From: an uncultured Winogradskyella sp.
GTDB lineage: Bacteria > Bacteroidota > Bacteroidia > Flavobacteriales > Flavobacteriaceae
Length of the DNA stretch: 64,000 nt
Assembly: GCF_947498345.1 (NCBI RefSeq)
Contig: NZ_CANMJY010000005.1
Location: 225,168-289,167, forward strand
Reading direction: 5' to 3'
The notes under the pieces are model-generated. The model searched no databases and had not been told where the DNA came from. It saw only the letters and a program-made list of their open reading frames with translations. Positions 57,344-64,000 of the stretch are shown in pieces. Numbering within the stretch: position 1 is the first letter of the stretch; each line of letters starts with the position of its first letter. Both the position numbers and the translations under genes were made by a program.

Positions 57344-59755
57344 ATGAAGCCAAATTCTAACTCTAAGACCGAAATTACATTCGAAGATTTTAAAGCCGAA
57401 GTCCTTAAAGACTACAAATTAGCTGTAACAAGTCGTGAGTGTAGTTTATTAGGGCGACGAGAAGTATTGACTGGTAAAGCAAAATTCGGGATTTTTGGTG
57501 ACGGAAAAGAAGTGCCACAAATTGCCTGGGCAAAAGCTTTTGAAAATGGTGATTTTAGATCGGGTTATTATAGAGATCAAACCTTTATGATGGCTATTGG
57601 AGAACTAACTATTGAGCAGTTCTTTGCAGGCTTATATGCCAATACCGATTTAAAGGAAGAACCAATGTCTGCGGGTCGTCAAATGGGAGGACATTTTGCT
57701 ACGCATAGCTTAGATGAAAATGGCAATTGGAAAAACCTAACCGAGCAAAAAAATTCTAGCGCTGATATCTCGCCTACTGCAGGGCAAATGCCACGATTAC
57801 TAGGTTTAGCACAAGCTTCAAAAATCTATAGAAATGTTGATGGTATCGACGCCACAAAATTTTCTAATAAGGGAAATGAAATTGCCTGGGGAACAATTGG
57901 TAATGCCAGCACAAGTGAGGGTTTATTTTTTGAAACCATAAACGCTGCTGGTGTTTTGCAAGTACCAATGGTTATTAGTATTTGGGATGATGAATATGGT
58001 ATTTCTGTACATGCCAGACACCAAACCACAAAAGAGAATATCTCAGAAATCCTTAAAGGTTTTCAACGCGAAGAAGACACAAACGGTTACGAAATTTTTA
58101 GAGTAAACGGATGGAATTATCCAGAGCTTATTGACACCTACCAGAGGGCGTCACAAATATCTCGTAAAGAACATGTCCCTGTGATGATTCATGTACAAGA
58201 GTTAACACAACCACAAGGCCACTCTACATCAGGTTCTCATGAACGTTATAAAAATGAAGAGCGCTTAGCCTGGGAAGCAGAATACGATTGTAATGTCCAA
58301 ATGCGCCAATGGATGATTACAAACAATATTGCAACAGACGAAGAACTTCTGGCTTTAGAAAAGGATATTAAAAAAGCGGTAAGAGATGGTAAAAAAGCAG
58401 CATGGTCTGCATTTATTAACCCTATTAAATCTGAAAAACAAAATATAGTTATCATACTAGAAAAGGTAGCTAAGTCTAGCTCTAATGGTGTTTTCATTAC
58501 CAAACTAAAGAATGATCTGGATGCTATAAACGAACCGTTACGAAAAGATTTATTATCTGCTGCACGTAAAGCTCTGCGATATGTAGTTTCTGAAGAAAAC
58601 TCAGAAAAAATTGAATTGCAAAACTGGATTAACACCTACATTGATACCATTCAACCTAAATATAGTTCGCACTTATACAGCGAGTCAAAGTATAAAGCAC
58701 AGTATCAAACTGAGGTCTTACCAAATTATAATGATAATGCTGAAGAAGTTGATGGTCGTGTCATATTAAGAGATAACTTTGAAGCCATTTTCCAAACCTA
58801 TCCCGAAGCACTTATCTTTGGTGAAGATGCTGGCCATATTGGTGATGTTAATCAAGGATTAGAAGGTTTACAAGAAAAATTTGGTGAGCTTAGAGTTTCT
58901 GATACAGGTATCAGAGAAGCTACAATTCTTGGGCAAGGTATTGGTATGGCTATGCGTGGTCTAAGACCTATAGCAGAGATTCAGTACTTAGATTACATCC
59001 TTTATGCGCTTCAGATTATGAGTGATGATCTGGCTACGGTACAATATAGAACTAAAGGCCGTCAAAAAGCGCCATTAATCGTAAGGACACGAGGCCATAG
59101 ACTCGAAGGTATTTGGCATTCTGGTTCACAAATGGGAGGTATTTTAAATTTAATTAGAGGTATTCATGTTTTAGTACCTAGAAACATGACTAAAGCTGCA
59201 GGATTTTACAATACATTATTAGAAAGTGACGAACCTGCATTAATCGTTGAATGCCTAAACGGTTATCGTCTCAAAGAAAAGATGCCAAGTAATATTGGTA
59301 CATTTAGAACTCCGATTGGTGTTGTTGAGACGATAAAAGAAGGTGACGACATTACTTTAGTATCCTATGGATCTACATTAAGATTAGTTGAACAAGCCGC
59401 CAAGGAGTTGCTAGAGGTTGGTATTAATGCTGAAATTATAGACGTACAGTCTTTATTACCGTTTGACTTAAATCATGATATTGTTAAAAGTATCTCTAAG
59501 ACAAATCGTGTTATGGTAATTGATGAAGATGTAAAAGGAGGAGCGTCTGCCTACATCTTAGACCAAATACTAAATGAGCAAAATGCATTTCAGTATTTAG
59601 ACAGTCAACCAAAAACATTAGCAGCCAAACCACATAGACCAGCATATGGATCAGATGGAGATTACTTCTCAAAACCTTCAATAGAAGATATTTTTGAAGC
59701 TGTTTACGATATTATGCACGAAATGAGCCCTATTGATTTTCCTAAATTGCGATAA
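57344..59755 (+). CDS. 2-oxoacid dehydrogenase E1, fused alpha/beta subunits (branched-chain type)
   Basis: GYYRDQ, GRQMGGH, GNASTSEG, FGEDAG, DTGIRE, EIQYLDY; ATG 57344 preferred. Confidence 0.93.
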   Translation: MKPNSNSKTEITFEDFKAEVLKDYKLAVTSRECSLLGRREVLTGKAKFGIFGDGKEVPQIAWAKAFENGDFRSGYYRDQTFMMAIGELTIEQFFAGLYANTDLKEEPMSAGRQMGGHFATHSLDENGNWKNLTEQKNSSADISPTAGQMPRLLGLAQASKIYRNVDGIDATKFSNKGNEIAWGTIGNASTSEGLFFETINAAGVLQVPMVISIWDDEYGISVHARHQTTKENISEILKGFQREEDTNGYEIFRVNGWNYPELIDTYQRASQISRKEHVPVMIHVQELTQPQGHSTSGSHERYKNEERLAWEAEYDCNVQMRQWMITNNIATDEELLALEKDIKKAVRDGKKAAWSAFINPIKSEKQNIVIILEKVAKSSSNGVFITKLKNDLDAINEPLRKDLLSAARKALRYVVSEENSEKIELQNWINTYIDTIQPKYSSHLYSESKYKAQYQTEVLPNYNDNAEEVDGRVILRDNFEAIFQTYPEALIFGEDAGHIGDVNQGLEGLQEKFGELRVSDTGIREATILGQGIGMAMRGLRPIAEIQYLDYILYALQIMSDDLATVQYRTKGRQKAPLIVRTRGHRLEGIWHSGSQMGGILNLIRGIHVLVPRNMTKAAGFYNTLLESDEPALIVECLNGYRLKEKMPSNIGTFRTPIGVVETIKEGDDITLVSYGSTLRLVEQAAKELLEVGINAEIIDVQSLLPFDLNHDIVKSISKTNRVMVIDEDVKGGASAYILDQILNEQNAFQYLDSQPKTLAAKPHRPAYGSDGDYFSKPSIEDIFEAVYDIMHEMSPIDFPKLR

Positions 59756-59788
59756 ATCCTATACATTTAGGTTTTAAACCTAAATTAC

Positions 59789-60967
59789 ATGTTCCCAGAT
59801 TTTAATAAATGGAGTTTACCATTATTAATTCTAGTACTACAAGTACTCATCTTTGTGATATTACTTCTTTTACGCTATTATAAAAAGCGTAATATTTCAG
59901 ATCTATTTTTAGGGCTTATTTTACTACTTACATGCTATGCGCAAATCTGCTATACAGTTGGGTTTATGGGATGGTATAACGAATTTAGAACAACTAAGAT
60001 TAATTACTTCCTAATTAATATTGCTTATGCTTTAGCCCCATTAATTTATCTGTATGTAAAATCAATCACTCAAAGCAATTTTAAGTTTAAAAATAAGTAT
60101 TGGTGGTTTTTTTCACCAGCCATTCTGTTTGTTATATATCGATTTAGTATTTATACCTATGATGCGCTTCAACCTAGTTTCCACGAAACTCAAAACGGAA
60201 TATTAAAAATCAAATTGGATGAAGCTTATGTTCAGAGTATTTCCGCTTTTATAGAAACACCTTTTATGCTATTATTTTTAGCATTCACATTTCAGCTATT
60301 TTATAATTATAGAAAAAAGATTCAGCAGTATTTCTCTAATACCTACAAGTTGGAATTGAATTGGATATTAACCTTCCTAATACTATTTAGCGTATTGTTT
60401 TTATACGGAACAATTCAAGATATCATTGGTAGCTTCTACACAGATTTAAACTATGAACAACGCTGGTGGTTAAACCTTCTTTCTGCACTCGTAACACTTT
60501 TTGTAGGTATTAAAGGTTATTACACAGACACTACTAAACTTAACCGGTTAGATTTTACCTTTTCGCCTAAAACTATTGGCATACCCGAAGATGCCAGTGA
60601 TTTTGAAGAAGACCAAAAATCAATTTCTGAAAGCGATATTTCAACAGTTAAAAATTTAATGGAAGTTGATAAGGTCTACCTTAATCCCGAGTTGAATTTA
60701 TCTGATTTAGCTAAAATGGCAAATATGTCTCGCGGGCAACTTTCTGAAATTGTAAATACAGCCTTTAAAAAGAACTTCAATGATTTCGTAAACGGTTATA
60801 GGGTTGAAGCGTTTAAAAACATGCTTAAAGAAGACAAGCATAAACAACTTTCTCTATTAGGAATTGCACAAGAGTGTGGCTTTAACAGCAAAGCGACTTT
60901 TAACCGTGTGTTTAAAAAATTAACTAACCTCTCCCCTACCGAATATTTAAAAACTCAACTTAATTAA
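59789..60967 (+). CDS. Membrane-anchored AraC family transcriptional regulator
   Basis: About six N-terminal TM helices; YLNPELNLSDLA, NFNDFVNGYRV, GFNSKATFNRVFKK. Confidence 0.93.
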   Translation: MFPDFNKWSLPLLILVLQVLIFVILLLLRYYKKRNISDLFLGLILLLTCYAQICYTVGFMGWYNEFRTTKINYFLINIAYALAPLIYLYVKSITQSNFKFKNKYWWFFSPAILFVIYRFSIYTYDALQPSFHETQNGILKIKLDEAYVQSISAFIETPFMLLFLAFTFQLFYNYRKKIQQYFSNTYKLELNWILTFLILFSVLFLYGTIQDIIGSFYTDLNYEQRWWLNLLSALVTLFVGIKGYYTDTTKLNRLDFTFSPKTIGIPEDASDFEEDQKSISESDISTVKNLMEVDKVYLNPELNLSDLAKMANMSRGQLSEIVNTAFKKNFNDFVNGYRVEAFKNMLKEDKHKQLSLLGIAQECGFNSKATFNRVFKKLTNLSPTEYLKTQLN

Positions 60968-61012
60968 GACGTCTCAAATCGTATTTAAGACGCTCTAGTA
61001 CGTTATAAGTCG
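60964..61012 (+). promoter_or_regulatory. Candidate AraC operator: TAAG(A/T)CG direct repeats at 21/20-bp spacing
   Basis: taagacg at 60965 and 60986, taagtcg at 61006. Confidence 0.45.
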
Positions 61013-61069
61013 TCAGCGGAATACTCTTATCCGAAATTTGTGTCATCAAACAATTAAAACCAATTTGTA

Positions 61070-61564
61070 ATGACACGATTAAAAACAATTTTAAAAGTTT
61101 TAGTAACACCAGTAATACAAAAAAGCTGGCTTACTGATGCCATATTTGCTATTCCAAGAGTACTTTGTGGCTTTTGGTTAACTACTATGTTCGGCGCTGA
61201 TAAATTCGGAATGCCATGGACAGCAGATAGTCAAAATCTAAACCTATTCGAAGTTTCTGCTTGGTTCCCAGAGGACGTAGCATCTTATGGTGGTATTTTT
61301 GCAGCCGCACCAATATTCTTTGCTTGGATGGGTGCTTTTAGCGAAGCTGTAGGTGGCTTATTCTTAATGCTAGGTCTTAAAACCAGAGTTGTTTCATTTC
61401 TAATTATGTGCACAATGCTAACTGCCATTTTTATGCAAAAATGGAATCAAGGGCTTTGGGGAATGTTACCAGCAATGGGTTTCTTATGGGTAGCAATTTA
61501 TAATCTATTCTTAGGTTCGGGGCGTTTTGGACTTGACTATTTAATCAGTAAAAAATTAAACTAA
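61070..61564 (+). CDS. DoxX family membrane protein
   Basis: AIPRVLCG, GADKFG, EAVGGLFLMLGL, GSGRFGLD. Confidence 0.9.
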   Translation: MTRLKTILKVLVTPVIQKSWLTDAIFAIPRVLCGFWLTTMFGADKFGMPWTADSQNLNLFEVSAWFPEDVASYGGIFAAAPIFFAWMGAFSEAVGGLFLMLGLKTRVVSFLIMCTMLTAIFMQKWNQGLWGMLPAMGFLWVAIYNLFLGSGRFGLDYLISKKLN

Positions 61565-61572
61565 TATATATC

Positions 61573-62058
61573 ATGAAAACTCTATTAACATCATTATGCC
61601 TTTGCATTTTTTCATTAATTGTAAATGCTCAAGACACTTTAAAATTATCGGATTTTGAAATTCTGAATAATACCAGTTGGGAAGGAAAACTTACCTATAA
61701 AGATTATCAATCTGGAGAGCTAAGAAGTGTTGAAGCCACAACACAAATCAAAATTGAAGGAGACAAGATTGTGTATAATTTACAATACACTTATGAGCCT
61801 CATAAAAACGATAAGTCATCCGTAAAAATCAAAAAAAACGGCACATATTATGGCAATGAAAAAGTAATCAGTAATACTATTGAAAATGGTACAAGAACTT
61901 TTGTTACTAGCTATGAAGGAAAGGATAATGGAAAAAAGGCAACCATGTACATTACTCGAAAATTTAATAATACAACTTACAAAGTTACAAAAGAAGTACA
62001 GTTCAAAAACTCTAACCAACGCTTTGTAAGAAACACCTATGAATTTACTAAACTCTAA
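61573..62058 (+). CDS. Secreted hypothetical protein
   Basis: Signal peptide, WEGKLTYKDY. Confidence 0.75.
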   Translation: MKTLLTSLCLCIFSLIVNAQDTLKLSDFEILNNTSWEGKLTYKDYQSGELRSVEATTQIKIEGDKIVYNLQYTYEPHKNDKSSVKIKKNGTYYGNEKVISNTIENGTRTFVTSYEGKDNGKKATMYITRKFNNTTYKVTKEVQFKNSNQRFVRNTYEFTKL

Positions 62059-62068
62059 TTACCATATT

Positions 62069-62455
62069 ATGAAAAACATTAAAACTATAATAATCATTTG
62101 CTTACTTACAATGAGCATAAGCTGTGTGCAAGAAACACATGTAAAAACAGTCACTTTCAAAGTTGATATGAACGCTATTGAAAATCCACAAAATGTCGGT
62201 ATAAGAGGTAGTTTTACTTCTAACCCATGGACTGAAACCGCACCTCTATCAGATGACAACAATGATGGAATTTATGAAGGAACCTTTTCTCAAAAAACTG
62301 CTATAAATCAGGTAGAATTCAAATTTGTTAACAATGGTTCAGAATACGAATTAAAAGATTCAGATAATAGAGTTATAGCCTTTGAGTATAAACCTGAAAC
62401 CATTATATACGAATCTATATTTAACAATGAAGAAGCTAAAATCACGAGAAAATAA
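62069..62455 (+). CDS. Lipoprotein with carbohydrate-binding-module-like Ig fold
   Basis: Lipobox SISC, VTFKVDM, VGIRGSF, LSDDNNDGIY, VEFKF. Confidence 0.6.
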   Translation: MKNIKTIIIICLLTMSISCVQETHVKTVTFKVDMNAIENPQNVGIRGSFTSNPWTETAPLSDDNNDGIYEGTFSQKTAINQVEFKFVNNGSEYELKDSDNRVIAFEYKPETIIYESIFNNEEAKITRK

Positions 62456-62460
62456 AAACT

Positions 62461-63354
62461 ATGAAAAAGATAACACTCTTACTATTATTTGTTGGACTAA
62501 CAGGAATAGCACAAATTAAGGGCAATAAAGATATTGATACTAAAGAATTTAATATTGATGGTCTTATAGAGGTGAAAATAAACTTCTATGCTAAAATAAC
62601 TATAGACCAAGCGTCTGAAGAAAAAATGAGCATTACTACAGATAGTAACCTTTTTGATTTAATAAATACTGAAGTTGTTGAAGGCGTATTACACCTTAAC
62701 CAAAAAGAATGGATTTCGCCATCCCAAGATGCCATAATTTATATTGGAGCTCCTAATATAAAACGTGTCGTATCCGGAACGCATGATATTACCAAAATAA
62801 TAAATATCAATAATGATCAACTCAGAGTGAATGCACCAATAGGCAAAATATTTATAGAAGGAAAAACCAAGGAACTTAGAATAGGCAGTGAATTATCAAC
62901 TGTAGACGCTTCAAAAATTGAAGCAGAAAACGTATATGTAAATCTTTGGAGTTGGGGAAACGTAACTGTGAATGCAAAGGATTTACTGTGGGCTGATGTA
63001 TCAAACGACGGAAAACTATATTATTTATCTAAACCTAATAAATTACAGATTAAAAAAGATAAAGGTGGGCAAATACGCTCTTTAGATGAAAAAGACAATA
63101 TTAAAAATTCTGATGCTGTTTTTATAAATTTCAAAATAAAAAACAACTCAAAAAACCGCAATCAATTCTATGTTGTTGGCCCAAAACCAGATGGCTCTAA
63201 ATTTAGTTATGGATTTCCTATGATGCCAAACGCTAAACGCAAAGAATATTGGTCAGTAGGTACTAAAATCTATAAAGTAAACGGTCTTGGTTTTAGAAAG
63301 TTACTAGTTACAATTAAGCAAGATGACAAAAACAAAGTAATAGACCTGTTTTGA
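62461..63354 (+). CDS. DUF2807 / head GIN domain protein
   Basis: IKGNKDIDT, ITTDSNL...VVEGVL, VDASKIEAENV. Confidence 0.75.
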   Translation: MKKITLLLLFVGLTGIAQIKGNKDIDTKEFNIDGLIEVKINFYAKITIDQASEEKMSITTDSNLFDLINTEVVEGVLHLNQKEWISPSQDAIIYIGAPNIKRVVSGTHDITKIININNDQLRVNAPIGKIFIEGKTKELRIGSELSTVDASKIEAENVYVNLWSWGNVTVNAKDLLWADVSNDGKLYYLSKPNKLQIKKDKGGQIRSLDEKDNIKNSDAVFINFKIKNNSKNRNQFYVVGPKPDGSKFSYGFPMMPNAKRKEYWSVGTKIYKVNGLGFRKLLVTIKQDDKNKVIDLF

Positions 63355-63375
63355 TTAATCGTTAATATATAGCAT

Positions 63376-63405
63376 AAAAGCCATCATTTTCATGATGGTT
63401 TTTTT
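63376..63405 (+). terminator. Rho-independent terminator
   Basis: ccatcat / atgatgg stem with T tail. Confidence 0.75.
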
Positions 63406-63434
63406 ATATTTAGATACAAATAAATCAATCATTT

Positions 63435-64000
63435 ATGCTTACTAAATCTGATAAGTCACAACTTAGAAGTATAATATTTAGACATTTAGATGGCATCGCA
63501 ACAGCCACTACTGCCTATACACTTCATAAAAATGAGATATTAAACTATCTCTTGGAAAAAGAATCTATATCATTAAAAGTTCTATCCGATACTTTTAATG
63601 CTAATGAAGGTTATCTTAATGTCGCCTTACGCGTTTTAAGCTCCCAAGGGTGGCTCGACCAACAATTAGACAATAAAACTAACGCTATTACATACAACAC
63701 AAACGCAAATTCTAAAACGGCTTTTCAATTGGTCCATCTTTACGAAGATGTTGTGAACCTTCTAAACTATTCCGATCGCTTTGCTGATGAAAAGATGATT
63801 AGTCTTGATGCTTTTATTGCTTTAGACCGCATCTTTAAAAAATTTGAAACTAACTATGGTTTAGACATTTCAAATGAAGACTCTATTCAGTATCAAATTT
63901 ATAAGCACATAGAAGGTGCTATTGCCGGACCAATTATTGTACTACTTGGTGTTAATGGATTGTTTCATAAATACTTTATGGAAGCTTCATTTACGGCTGA
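63435..64000 (+). CDS. Partial ORF (runs off the window), probable class I SAM-dependent methyltransferase, AprA-related N-terminus
   Basis: Not in the ORF track. Read by hand as MLTKSDKSQLRSIIFRHLDGIA...NANEGYLNVALRVLSSQGWL; family recalled from memory. Confidence 0.6.
   Translation, partial: MLTKSDKSQLRSIIFRHLDGIATATTAYTLHKNEILNYLLEKESISLKVLSDTFNANEGYLNVALRVLSSQGWLDQQLDNKTNAITYNTNANSKTAFQLVHLYEDVVNLLNYSDRFADEKMISLDAFIALDRIFKKFETNYGLDISNEDSIQYQIYKHIEGAIAGPIIVLLGVNGLFHKYFMEASFTA

Noticed and set aside
1767-62262. Many short antisense or overlapping ORFs in the track (e.g. 1767..2036, 10463..10828, 16057..16900, 30122..30391, 33811..34119, 58246..58635)
   Set aside because: They lie opposite or inside well-supported genes, have no motifs, and show the composition of shadow ORFs.
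1-64000. tRNA, rRNA, CRISPR array, IS transposase, prophage structural genes
   Set aside because: None recognised by eye; tRNAscan-SE and cmscan would be needed to exclude small RNAs formally.

Overview
AT-rich Bacteroidota chromosome segment, most likely a marine Flavobacteriaceae. The assignment is inferred from TAnnTTTG promoters, T9SS C-terminal domains and the protein families present. A housekeeping backbone (mnmE, glmM-like mutase, ggt, gcvT, yebC-type regulator, uvrA, 2-oxoacid dehydrogenase E1) is interrupted by two accessory regions. (1) A ~12.1 kb integrative island (about 3781-15878) lies at the 3' end of mnmE, bounded by a 16/20 direct repeat of the mnmE end. It carries a tyrosine integrase, an excisionase-like HTH gene, an EGF/C2 lipoprotein, and a three-gene candidate anti-phage operon: RloC-like AAA_13 ATPase, DUF2130 and a 1208-aa PD-(D/E)XK nuclease. 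(2) The strongest novelty candidate is an integron-like platform at about 34866-49215. An IntI-like tyrosine recombinase that lacks the IntI-specific insertion is divergent from an attI-like site and an array of short genes separated by ~120-bp attC-like imperfect palindromes. The first two units show the integron cassette signature: the end of each unit is complementary to its own start (10/10 and 12/13 nt), not to the adjacent half-site. The distal array is degenerate. Also present are tandem TPR histidine kinase paralogues, one split by a +1 frameshift at a UUU-UGA site, and a long switch-like hairpin in the island. No rRNA, tRNA or CRISPR array was seen. All family assignments come from motif recognition by eye, not database searches.
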